Shown: positions 38,038 to 48,200 of the stretch, in pieces
Numbering within the stretch: the stretch's first letter is position 1
Layout of the letters: every line of letters starts with the position of its first letter
DNA from: Reclinomonas americana ATCC 50394
Taxonomy: Eukaryota
Direction: 5' to 3'
DNA length: 64,000 nt
NCBI GenBank assembly: GCA_048213135.1
Contig: PS015009.1
Span: forward strand, 558,001-622,000
Made by a program: the position numbers and the translations under genes
Notes under the pieces: generated by a model
The model's database searches: none
The model's input: only the letters and a program-made list of their open reading frames with translations
What the model was told of the DNA's origin: nothing

Positions 38038-38380
38038 GATAGTAAAATTTAGTTTGTACTGGGTGCAAAAATATACATTTTGACATAAATACAAAGAAAT
38101 ATAAATAGTGGGCTGGTACACTCTCCAAAGGCTATTTTTTACCTGAATCCGAGCCATTTACAGGTCCTGATTCAGACACTGCCCCCTTTCCCGGCAAAAG
38201 CAGTTTCTGCCCGTTTTCACAACTTTGAAAGTTATAATAAGCCATTACCTGTAAACTGATTATAATATGTTGGCGGTTTGTCGTTTTTATTGATACAGAC
38301 CTGCCTTTTTTCCGGGAATTTTGTATATTGTTAACCCGGCGGCCCGTTTTAACCCCCGCCACAGAAAAACTTAACCATTT

Positions 38381-38809
38381 ATGGCTTTAAAGCAAATAGA
38401 CCACGGGTCAAAAGAATACGACCAGATGATCTACCTGCGCCAGGAGATTTTGCGCAGACCCCTGGGGCTCACCTTCTCCCCGGAAGAGCTGGAGCGTGAA
38501 AAAGAAGATATCCTCATTGGTGCATTTGATGATGACGAGCTCCTCGCCTGCTGCCTGCTTACCCGTATTGATAAGAGCAGCCTGCGCCTGAGACAGATGG
38601 CTGTACAGAATAATTTACAGGGCAAGGGCATCGGCGCCAGCATGATGAATTTTGCCGAACTGCTCGCCAGGGACAAGGGCTACAGGAAACTCACCATGCA
38701 TGCCCGTAAAACCGCCCTCGGTTTTTACGAAAAACTGGGTTACCGCATTGTTGGAGATGAATTTGAGGAAGTAACACTTCCCCATTATGTAATGGAGAAA
38801 AATCTTTAG
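38381..38809 (+). CDS. GNAT family N-acetyltransferase
   Basis: 142 aa; LRQMAV..QGKGIG motif A; GFYEKLGY. Confidence 0.92.
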   Translation: MALKQIDHGSKEYDQMIYLRQEILRRPLGLTFSPEELEREKEDILIGAFDDDELLACCLLTRIDKSSLRLRQMAVQNNLQGKGIGASMMNFAELLARDKGYRKLTMHARKTALGFYEKLGYRIVGDEFEEVTLPHYVMEKNL

Positions 38810-38829
38810 CGGTTATTACCGTCACCCGG

Positions 38830-39306
38830 TTATTTACTGATCTTGTCTTTCAGCACATTTCTTGCCTGGTGTACTTCATCGCCGGGGAAGGCGTCTTTAG
38901 GTACAATAAAGAAAGAACGGGGATTGAAATAGAGGTGAAAAAAATAAGGGCTTTCTACCCAGGTACTGAATTCCTTCCATTCCCAGCTCCTGCCGCCTCT
39001 TTCATTTTCGATGCGGAAACTGGTATCGCTGAGTATGGCTTTGAACCTGTCGCGGAAAGTATCCGCTTTGCGGTAGATCATGCGGGGCAATAAAAACCAG
39101 AAAAGGATCATCAGTACAAACCACAGTACCGAACTGACCAGGAAGGCCAGCGGGTCAATTTTTTTCATGTAGAACAATACAGCCGAAACAATAGCAAACA
39201 CGTTCACCAGTATCATCATCACTTTGATCTCTTTTCTTGTGATGAAGTGATAACGCAGGGCCTGGATCACTTTATTTTTATCGTAGGTAAAAAATTCAGA
39301 TGTCAT
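38830..39306 (-). CDS. YcxB family membrane protein
   Basis: Two TMs plus C-terminal W..F..FFIVPKDAF segment; TATCTTTG -7 box (39318-39311) 4 nt upstream of ATG 39306. Confidence 0.75.
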   Translation of the reverse strand: MTSEFFTYDKNKVIQALRYHFITRKEIKVMMILVNVFAIVSAVLFYMKKIDPLAFLVSSVLWFVLMILFWFLLPRMIYRKADTFRDRFKAILSDTSFRIENERGGRSWEWKEFSTWVESPYFFHLYFNPRSFFIVPKDAFPGDEVHQARNVLKDKISK

Positions 39307-39374
39307 GCCGCAAAGATAAGGCACCAAGTGCAGATGTGGGTGAGAGATACGGGATGTGAGATACGGGATAAAGA

Positions 39375-39863
39375 TCAGTTACAGGTATTACCGGCAACCT
39401 TGCCGCCGCCGTCTGTGGGCAACCCGCCTATTACCCTTCCCCTGAGGGCTACATTTACAAAACTGGTGCGGCGGTTGGCAGCCCTTCCTTCCACTGTACT
39501 GTTGTCGGCCACGGGCTTGGTACTACCAAAGCCTACAGCGATGAGCCGTTTGCAATCCACTCCCATACTCACCAGTTTGCGGCAAATGGCCAAGGCCCTT
39601 TTTTCCGATAATTCCTGCGAAACCGACTCCTCACCCGCATTATCGGTATGCACTTCCACGCGGAGCAGGCTGATGTAACTTTTTTCGTCGAGGTATTTTT
39701 TGATGACCTCCAGCGCCTGTATGCTTTCGGGGTTCAGCGCATCGGAGCCGGTTTTGAAAAGTATGGTCTTGTTGACTTTCACTTCATTGCCTTCCAGTTT
39801 ATAGTCCTGGCAAAAAACGAACAGTCCGGGAAATAAGAGGATGATCAGCAGCAAAGTTCTCAT
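39375..39863 (-). CDS. OmpA-like peptidoglycan-binding domain protein
   Basis: Signal peptide; FKTGS, HTDN, LSEKRA, GFGSTKP, NRR. Start moved to ATG 39863. Confidence 0.9.
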   Translation of the reverse strand: MRTLLLIILLFPGLFVFCQDYKLEGNEVKVNKTILFKTGSDALNPESIQALEVIKKYLDEKSYISLLRVEVHTDNAGEESVSQELSEKRALAICRKLVSMGVDCKRLIAVGFGSTKPVADNSTVEGRAANRRTSFVNVALRGRVIGGLPTDGGGKVAGNTCN

Positions 39864-39937
39864 GTCGCAAATTTCTCCAAATATCAACCATAACCGCCAC
39901 AAGTCCTATACCGTACAGCGGGTATTTGATGATACGC

Positions 39938-41320
39938 CTATTCGCCGCCTGCTGTTTTCTTCAGCGTTATTTCTTTCTGGTTTACGCTCCACTGGCCTAA
40001 TTGCTGTCCTTTAACACCCAGGAATACGACTTTCAGTTCTCTTTCACCTGATTTTCCGGAAACGGTCACTTTAGTGAAATTTTGTTCTTCCACCAATGTG
40101 CCGGGAACCCGGAAAGGATTATTAAGTTCAATACCGCGGGCCTTACTCACACCGGAGGTATAAGGTGATGAAGTAACATCATACAGCGGGTAAGCGCCGG
40201 GCCTGTCCACCTTTATCACTTCACTGTGGTGCCTGTCGCCGGAGAAGAAAACAACGCCGCTTATTTTTTGCTCCTCAATAAAACGCATCAGTTCATAGTA
40301 CTCGTAACTGTAGCCGCTGCGCATGCATTCAAAACGGTTATTGGGATTGAGTACCTGGCTGCCGGTGGCGATGATCTTAAAGGTGGCCTTGCTGAACAGG
40401 ATCGCATTCTTCAGCCACTCCATCTGCATCTTACCAAAATAATCTTTGCCGGGGTTGGGCTGACCGCCAACACTGTCGGGCATACGGTCTTCGCTGCGGA
40501 AATAACGATCATCAGTCAGAAAAATATCGACGTCGCTGTACGCTACCTGTGTATAGATACCTTTCCCGTCTTCACCATAACTGGGGTTAAGCGAATAATT
40601 CATAAACACGTCGCGGCTTTCTTTTTTGAGGATATAGCTTTTGCCGATATCATTAGGGCCATAATCATGATCATCCCATATGGCATACTGTGGCATACTG
40701 GCCATGAACTTTTGCAGCACGGGCAATGACCGGTCGCGGCTGGCACGGTAGTTCAGTCCCCATGCAGTGGAATAGTCCACTTCACGAGTATACCAGTTGT
40801 CGCCCAGCCACACATGAAACGCGGCCGGCACAGCAGCCATGGTCTCGAATATGGAGGAATCGCCACCATAAGGTTTGCCCGGCCTGTCGAACTGCGGTTC
40901 ATTGAAATAGGCGCAGCTTCCGGCAAGAAAACTGAAATCAGGCGCCGGTTTGCGGAACTGCCACAGGTCTTTCGTAGTGAATTCCGTGGCAAACCCCGGG
41001 CTAACCATTGTTCCATCGAGAAAGATCATATACTGGTAGGTGGCATTCACATCCAACCCGTTCAGTTCTATTTTCACCGGGTTGAATTCTTTTCCCAGCT
41101 CTCCTTTATAAACCACACTCTGTACATTGGTTACACCGCCTACCCTGCCGTATTTCACTTCTATTTTTTTTACCGAAGGTGTAACCTCCAGCCAGATGGT
41201 GGCATTGCGCAACTCTACGTTACCCGCCCATGGACCACTTACCAGCCCTTTTCTATTCTGTGCGGACATAACAGTGATGGTCATAAAAAAGAAAACGATA
41301 AGGCTTATCCTGATTGACAT
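39938..41320 (-). CDS. Alkaline phosphatase D (PhoD) family metallophosphatase
   Basis: GSC, WLGDNWY, WDDHDYGPND, DDRYFR and SGDRH motifs; signal peptide from ATG 41320. Confidence 0.9.
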   Translation of the reverse strand: MSIRISLIVFFFMTITVMSAQNRKGLVSGPWAGNVELRNATIWLEVTPSVKKIEVKYGRVGGVTNVQSVVYKGELGKEFNPVKIELNGLDVNATYQYMIFLDGTMVSPGFATEFTTKDLWQFRKPAPDFSFLAGSCAYFNEPQFDRPGKPYGGDSSIFETMAAVPAAFHVWLGDNWYTREVDYSTAWGLNYRASRDRSLPVLQKFMASMPQYAIWDDHDYGPNDIGKSYILKKESRDVFMNYSLNPSYGEDGKGIYTQVAYSDVDIFLTDDRYFRSEDRMPDSVGGQPNPGKDYFGKMQMEWLKNAILFSKATFKIIATGSQVLNPNNRFECMRSGYSYEYYELMRFIEEQKISGVVFFSGDRHHSEVIKVDRPGAYPLYDVTSSPYTSGVSKARGIELNNPFRVPGTLVEEQNFTKVTVSGKSGERELKVVFLGVKGQQLGQWSVNQKEITLKKTAGGE

Positions 41321-41346
41321 AATTTTGAAGTTTAGCGATAACAGAA

Positions 41347-42408
41347 ATGCGGAATAAATATACATACAAAGCCCTGCCTGCCGGTGTAAAGTTTATGTTA
41401 GCTGTTTCCTTGTTCCTGTTCGCGTCCTGCAGGGAACAAAGAAAAGAAAGAGGAATAGAACGTTCTTTTTATTACTGGAAGTCGGTGCTGCAGTTCAGCC
41501 CCGGTGAAATCAGTAAGATGGATTCACTCGGGGTTAAAACATTGTATGTAAAGTATTTTGATGTGGATTGGGATCCCGGGCAGAACCGGCCCGTTCCTGT
41601 AGCCAAGCTGCGCAGCGCGGGTACAGGCTGGCCTTTTTCGAAATGGGCCATCCCTGTTGTTTTTATTACCAATAACTGCTTGCAGCAAATTGACAGCAGC
41701 GGCGCTCAACTGCTGGCACAACAGATATGTAAACTGGTGGGCGAACTCACCCAGGTCATGGACATCCGCACCCTGCCCGAACTGCAGATCGACTGCGACT
41801 GGACGGCCTCCACCAAAGACAGGTACTTTAGCCTGTTGCGGGAGATCAGGAAAGTGAACCCCATCACTACCATCAGCGTAACCATACGGCTGCACCAGGT
41901 AAAATTTACCGACCGTACGGGTATACCTCCTGCCGACCGCGGACTGCTCATGTGTTATAACATGGGTAATCTTAAAAATCCCGCTACGGTCAATTCCATT
42001 CTCGAAACAAAAGAAGTAGAAAAATATACCGGCCTGCTGGAATATTATCCCCTTCCGCTTGATATAGGCCTGCCGCTGTTCAACTGGAAAGTGCTTTTCC
42101 GGGATAATGTATACAAAGGCCTTATCCAGGAATTGCCCGGTCACCTGTTAACCCCTTCCTTCACCATACGCGAAGGCAACCGTTATGTATTCCTGAAAGA
42201 TACAGTGCTGCAGGGGTATGAGTTCCGCCGGGGCGACCTGTTGCGGGATGAACAAAGCAGTTATTCCGAAATACTGAAAACCGCGGCATACGTCAGCCAA
42301 TTCCTGAAAAATACCAGTACCAGGGTATCACTCTACCACCTCGATTCCGTACTTTTAACCAAATACTCCCTCCATGAACTGGAAACTGTTTTTGACCGCT
42401 TTCGTTAG
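41347..42408 (+). CDS. Conserved hypothetical lipoprotein, GH18/DUF3142-like TIM-barrel
   Basis: FASC lipobox; ELQIDCDW, LMCYNMG, IGLPLF and VSLYHLD motifs; overlaps the next gene by 35 nt. Confidence 0.7.
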   Translation: MRNKYTYKALPAGVKFMLAVSLFLFASCREQRKERGIERSFYYWKSVLQFSPGEISKMDSLGVKTLYVKYFDVDWDPGQNRPVPVAKLRSAGTGWPFSKWAIPVVFITNNCLQQIDSSGAQLLAQQICKLVGELTQVMDIRTLPELQIDCDWTASTKDRYFSLLREIRKVNPITTISVTIRLHQVKFTDRTGIPPADRGLLMCYNMGNLKNPATVNSILETKEVEKYTGLLEYYPLPLDIGLPLFNWKVLFRDNVYKGLIQELPGHLLTPSFTIREGNRYVFLKDTVLQGYEFRRGDLLRDEQSSYSEILKTAAYVSQFLKNTSTRVSLYHLDSVLLTKYSLHELETVFDRFR

Positions 42409-44791
42409 TGCGCTGGCTGTCTCCTTCCCGCAAAATATTATTGGCTGCGGCCCCGATACCGACCCCTACGATTATTACACTTCTTTTTTTCACCAGGGTC
42501 TTTCTGAAACAAAAGGATACCAGCCGTTTTATTATACCGGTTACAATTTTTTATACGACGAACACGATGAAGTTGCTACCTCCGACCTGCTGGCCACTGA
42601 ATGGGCAGGCTATTGCGGTGTACCCGTAACCGACCGGGATGCTAAACTGTTCGTGACCCGCTTCGCCTGGAAAGACCTGAACAACCTGTATTACCATCTT
42701 GAAAAGAATCAGCCGCTCAAAATACCCGACTCGGTAAGCCGCAACAGCATGACCTCTTATTTCAGGAGCAGCAAAGACCTGGAAGCCCTCGGTTATATCA
42801 TGTATGCCAAACAGGCGGAGCCGTATGTACTGGGCTGGAATGACAATTGGGAACCCCTGCAACGCGACAGCCTGAAAATGGCGAAACTGGTGAAGAACGG
42901 GCAGCAATTGTATGCCGTTGCGAAGAAAGATTTCATCAAAACCAAATTCGCTTACCAGGTGCTGCGCCTGGCTCATTACAGCGGGAGATATAATGATGTG
43001 ATCAACTGGTATGATGAGTATGCACCCAACATCAGCAACGATAATGTTTTGCAACCCCTGTGCCTTGCGTTGAAAGCCGGCGCCCTTTTCCGCACCGGAA
43101 GGCAACCGGAAGCCGCTTACCTGTTCAGCAAATGTTTCAATGCATCGCAGGCGAAAAGAGTTTCCAATTACCTGGGATTTGAATGGAGCGTGGATTCCAA
43201 AGCCAGTCGTGATAGTTATCTCGCTCTTTGCAAAAACAACAAAGAGAAAGCAAATATGCTTGGCCTGTTTGCCATGCAAAGCGTAGGCAATGAACTGGAG
43301 ACCATGAAAAAGATCCAGCAGCTTGACCCCGGTAATGAAATGCTGGAAGTACTTGCCGTAAGAGAGATCAACAAACTGGAGGAAACTTATTTCACACCAT
43401 CTATCCGTAAAGAAAATGGCGGCAAGACTTTTTACTACAGCTGGAATTACGACAGCATGGACAGCATTTATACCGAAGCACAAAAGGAAACACGTACACT
43501 TTCTGTTTTCTTCGACCAGCTGGCGCAAAGCGGCAAGTCTGGTAATGGCGGGCTTTTTGAAACCGCCGCCGCGTATACTGCATTCATGAACCGTGATTAT
43601 TCCGCCGCGAACAGTTATATTAAAAAAGCAGAGGGCCAGAAATTGTCCGCTAAAGTAAAAGACCAGTTGCGATTGACACAACTGCTGGTAACGATCAATG
43701 AAAGACCTGTTGTTGATGCCGCTTTTGAAGAACAGTTATTACCATCCGTTCAATGGCTGGAAGAAAAAGTACGGGCCGAATCACCCATACGCACCAGCAG
43801 TGGTGAAGTATGGCAATGGAAGGTATTCTACCGCAACCTGATGAGCGAAATACTGGCCAAACGTTACCACAAACAGGGCGACCTGGATAAAGAAACACTG
43901 GTGATCGGTTGTGCCGACTGGATCACCCGGTACAAATCTTCTTCTCCGGGCGAAGGTTATTATTATACCTATGCCAACGGCATCAATTTCCTGCGTGATA
44001 ACCTCGACAGCAAACAGGTGGAGAAACTGTATTCACTGATGATGAATAAATCGGCCAGTAAATACGAACAATACCTCATCACACATAACCGGGTAAAAAC
44101 ATCCGACGTTACCGATTTTGCCGGCACCGCTTACCTGCGGGAACGCAATTACGAACAGGCCATCAACTGGTTCGGCAAGCAGGCCGATAAAAAAGGCGGT
44201 CTCATCAAAACCAATCCTTTCATCGATATCCTGTACGACCGCGAAGAAGCATTACCGTCCGAAGCGAAGTTTGCCACCACCAAACTGGCCTATGCACAGG
44301 AGATGCTGCGTTTGCAAAAAGCTATTGAAACCGACAAGGCCAATGCACACAAACATTATTATAAAATGGCGCTGGGATTATACAACGCCACTTACTATGG
44401 TCACGCCTGGCAACTGGTGGAATATTATCGCAGCGGCAGTGACGGTTATTATGTACCGAAAGATGCCAATGCTTTCAGGAAAGAATATTACAGCGCTGAG
44501 GTTGCCCGCCTGTATTTTGAAAAAGCGATGAACAGCACTGCCGACCGCAACTTCAAAGCCCGCTGCCTGTTCATGATGGGCAAATGTTCGCAGAAACAAA
44601 TACGCCAGCCGCAATACGACGACTTCCCCAACAATTACGATCAGTACGATGTGGCGTCAAAAAAATACTATGCGCAGTTCATGGACAATAAATATTTTCC
44701 GCAACTGGTGAAGGAATATGGTAACACGCCGTTTTATAAAGAAGCGTTTAACAGTTGTAGTTATTTGAGGGATTTTGTGAAAAGAAAATAG
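42374..44791 (+). CDS. Large exported TPR-like helical protein
   Basis: 805 aa; signal peptide followed by CGP; repeated TPR-like helices (KAGAL..EAAYLFS, YEQAINWF, ARLYFEKAM..ARCLFMMGKC). Confidence 0.75.
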   Translation: MNWKLFLTAFVSALAVSFPQNIIGCGPDTDPYDYYTSFFHQGLSETKGYQPFYYTGYNFLYDEHDEVATSDLLATEWAGYCGVPVTDRDAKLFVTRFAWKDLNNLYYHLEKNQPLKIPDSVSRNSMTSYFRSSKDLEALGYIMYAKQAEPYVLGWNDNWEPLQRDSLKMAKLVKNGQQLYAVAKKDFIKTKFAYQVLRLAHYSGRYNDVINWYDEYAPNISNDNVLQPLCLALKAGALFRTGRQPEAAYLFSKCFNASQAKRVSNYLGFEWSVDSKASRDSYLALCKNNKEKANMLGLFAMQSVGNELETMKKIQQLDPGNEMLEVLAVREINKLEETYFTPSIRKENGGKTFYYSWNYDSMDSIYTEAQKETRTLSVFFDQLAQSGKSGNGGLFETAAAYTAFMNRDYSAANSYIKKAEGQKLSAKVKDQLRLTQLLVTINERPVVDAAFEEQLLPSVQWLEEKVRAESPIRTSSGEVWQWKVFYRNLMSEILAKRYHKQGDLDKETLVIGCADWITRYKSSSPGEGYYYTYANGINFLRDNLDSKQVEKLYSLMMNKSASKYEQYLITHNRVKTSDVTDFAGTAYLRERNYEQAINWFGKQADKKGGLIKTNPFIDILYDREEALPSEAKFATTKLAYAQEMLRLQKAIETDKANAHKHYYKMALGLYNATYYGHAWQLVEYYRSGSDGYYVPKDANAFRKEYYSAEVARLYFEKAMNSTADRNFKARCLFMMGKCSQKQIRQPQYDDFPNNYDQYDVASKKYYAQFMDNKYFPQLVKEYGNTPFYKEAFNSCSYLRDFVKRK

Positions 44792-44802
44792 ATTTTACAG
44801 TA

Positions 44803-45231
44803 ATGGAAGACCGGTTAACAGAAACGGAAAAAGTATTTGTCAATGAAAATGCTGCAATGATCATCAATGCTATTTACAAACAATATAAACTGATTGCGGT
44901 ATTTTGCTTAGCAGCTTCATTAATCGGGATTGTGCTGTATATTCTCAGGTTTCCTATCCTTCTAAAAAGTAGAGATCAGGGGTGGTACCCAACTTTCATT
45001 TTTGTGATCGCCCCTTTAATAACTGTTTTACAAATGCTGATCGCTATACCCAATGTGTATTATTTTTTAAAAGGCATTCAATCCCAAAAAGCCGCAGTGG
45101 CCACTATGGACTCATCTCTTTTTGCCGCAAGTTTTTCCTACTACCGCAAGGGTAATTCTTTCTCAATCATCAATTGTGCACTTGCATTCCTGTACTGGGC
45201 AGTACTGCTTTACCATGAACTCGTTAAATAA
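44803..45231 (+). CDS. Hypothetical membrane protein (3 TMs), AT-rich
   Basis: 142-aa ORF with three hydrophobic segments, 11 nt after the previous stop. Confidence 0.65.
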   Translation: MEDRLTETEKVFVNENAAMIINAIYKQYKLIAVFCLAASLIGIVLYILRFPILLKSRDQGWYPTFIFVIAPLITVLQMLIAIPNVYYFLKGIQSQKAAVATMDSSLFAASFSYYRKGNSFSIINCALAFLYWAVLLYHELVK

Positions 45232-45233
45232 CA

Positions 45234-45257
45234 AACGCCACTTTTTCAAGTGGCGTT
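45234..45257. terminator. Hairpin between convergent genes (probable bidirectional terminator)
   Basis: AACGCCACTT-TTTC-AAGTGGCGTT. Confidence 0.7.
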
Positions 45258-45289
45258 GTTCATATGCTTGTGCTTAATAGAAACCAATA

Positions 45290-48200
45290 TTAACTGCAAC
45301 CCATGCTGTTACCGCAGTTCAGGCATTTGTAACAGGTACCGCTGCGTACTGTTATATGTCCGCAGGTGTTACAGGCCGGGGCGTCGCTCTGCATGCTTTT
45401 AGCTGCCGCGTTCACCGCGTCGATACCGGAAGTAGGTTTGGTTACACCAGCTGTGCGGTGTTCCGCTTTTGCCGGTTGCGGGTTAACGCCGCCGGTAACG
45501 CGTACTTCACTCAGTTCAGGCGTGCGCTCACCGATGGTGGGTGATTCCACATCCCATTCTTCGTTACCCATGTTCTGTACTTCCGGTTGTGCGTCGAGTA
45601 CATGAACCAGGTCGTTGCGGCCCAGGTATTCATACGCCAGTGAACGGAACATGAAGTCGATAATAGACGTGGTTGTTTTGATATTCGGGTGGTCCACCAT
45701 GCCGCTTGGCTCAAAGCGGGTGAACACGAATTTCTCTACATACTCTTCCAGCGGTACGCCGTATTGCAGGCCGATAGAAATGGCGATAGCGAAACAGTTG
45801 AGCATACTGCGCATGGTAGCGCCTTCTTTCGCCATATCAATAAAAATCTCACCCAGTGTACCATCATTGTATTCGCCGGTGCGCAGGAAGAGCGCCTGCC
45901 CGTTGATCTTGGCTTTTTGCGTAAAGCCCCTGCGTTTGGCCGGCAGTGCCCTGCGTTCCACGATCATCGCCAGCTGGCGTTTGAGTGATGTATCGGCGCT
46001 GCTCTGTACCCTCTTGTTCATTTCATCCAGCAGATCGTCGATGGTGAGTTTGCTCATATCCACGATAGCCGAAACTTCCGCGGCCAGTTCGGCTGCTTTT
46101 TCTTCGCTAACGGGTTCGTCGAGTTTTTTCTTTTTGTCGGATTTGTTGCTGAGTGGCTGCGACAGTTTGGATCCGTCGCGGTACAGCGCACAGGCTTTCA
46201 GGCCCAGTTCCCAGCTCAGCCTGTAGGAATCAGCAATGTCTTCCTGTGTGGCTTCGTTGGGCAGGTTGATGGTTTTGGAAATAGCGCCGCTGAGGAAAGG
46301 CTGTGCGGCACCCATCATGCGGATGTGTCCGTGCGCATGTATGTATCGCTGACCGATCTGTCCGCACTTGTTGGCGCAGTCAAATACCGGCAGGTGTTCT
46401 TCTTTCAGGTAAGGAGCGCCCTCCACGGTCATGGTACCGCATACATATGTATTGGCATCCGCGATCTGTTCATCGGTAAAGCCCAGTCCTTCGAGGAGGC
46501 TCCAGCCGAAGTCGTTGTATTGCTCGGGTTTGAAGCCCAGGCGTTGTAAAGTGGCTTCGCCGAAGGTAAATACGTTGAATACAAAACCGATCTCGAATGC
46601 GCTGCCAAGTACGGCTTCTACTTTTTCCAGTTCTTCGGCGGTAAACCCTTTGGCGATAAGCGATTCGGGATTGATGAATGGCGCACCTTTCAGTGTGGCG
46701 TGGCCTTTCGCGTAATTGACGATGGCTTCCATTTCCGCCTCGCTGTATTTGAGGTTACGCAATGCCTGCGGAACGCTCTGGTTGATGATCTTGAAATAAC
46801 CACCACCGCTGAGTTTTTTAAATTTCACCAGGGCAAAGTCAGGTTCCACACCGGTGGTATCGCAATCCATTACCAGGCCAATGGTGCCGGTAGGTGCGAT
46901 CACAGTAGTCTGCGCATTGCGGTAGCCATTTTTTTCACCGAGCTGAACAGCGTCATCCCAGGCTTTGGTAGCGGCTTTCAGCAGGTAATCGGGGCAATAT
47001 TTGGCGTTGATACCCTGCGGTTTTATCTGTATGCCTTCATATGCTTCGGCAGCGTCGTAAGCGGCTGCACGGTGGTTGCGCATCACACGCAGCATATGTT
47101 CTTTATTCTGTTCGTATTTATCGAATGCGCCGAGGAAGCCGGCGAGTTCGGCGGATGTTTTATAAGATACACCGGTCATGATAGCGGTGATCGCACCCGC
47201 GATGCCACGGGCCTCTTCGCTGTCGTAGGCAATACCGCTCACCATCAGCATAGAACCGAGGTTGGCATAACCCAGGCCCAGTGTACGGTAATCATAAGAC
47301 AGTTGTGCTACTTCTTTTGAAGGGAACTGCGCCATGAGTACAGACACTTCCAGTACGGTGGTCCACAGGCGGCAGATGTATTCAAAGCCTTTTACATCAA
47401 ACGTGTTTTTATCTTCATCGAAGAAACGGCGCAGGTTCACACTCGCCAGGTTACAGGCGGTGTTATCGAGGAACATGTATTCGCTGCAGGGGTTACTGGC
47501 GCGGATAGGACCACCTTCGGGGCAGGTATGCCATTCGTTGATGGTGGTATCGTATTGTGTACCGGGGTCAGCGCAACGCCATGCAGCATAGTTGATCTGG
47601 TTCCACAGGTCATTGGCTTTCACTTTCTTCATGGTGCGGCCATCACTGCGGGCTTTCAGTTCCCATTCGCCGTCTTCATCCAGCGTTTTGAAAAATTCGT
47701 TGGGTATGCGAATGGAGTTATTACTGTTTTGTCCGCTCACGGTGCGGTAAGCCTCTCCTTCATAATCGCTGGCATAACCCGCGGCAATGAGGGCGGCCAC
47801 TTTATCTTCTTCCTGTACTTTCCAGTTGATGAACTCTACAATTTCGGGGTGATCGAGGTCAAGACAAACCATTTTGGCTGCCCTGCGGGTGGTGCCGCCG
47901 CTTTTGATAGCACCCGCAGCCCGGTCGCCGATCTTCAGGAAACTCATTAATCCTGAGGAAGTTCCGCCGCCGCTCAGTTTTTCACCTTCGCCCCTGATGC
48001 TGCTGAAGTTGGTGCCTACACCGCTTCCGTATTTGAAGATACGGGCTTCACGAACCCACAGGTCCATGATGCCGCCTTCATTCACCAGGTCATCTTCCAC
48101 GCTCAGGATAAAGCAGGCATGCGGCTGGGGACGTTCGTAAGCATTGGTAGATTTTTTCAGCTGACCATCTTTCGGATCAACATAATAATGCCCCTGTGGT

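Noticed and set aside
42551-43681. 376-aa minus-strand ORF
   Set aside because: Antisense shadow of the TPR-like gene, typical of codon-bias open frames.
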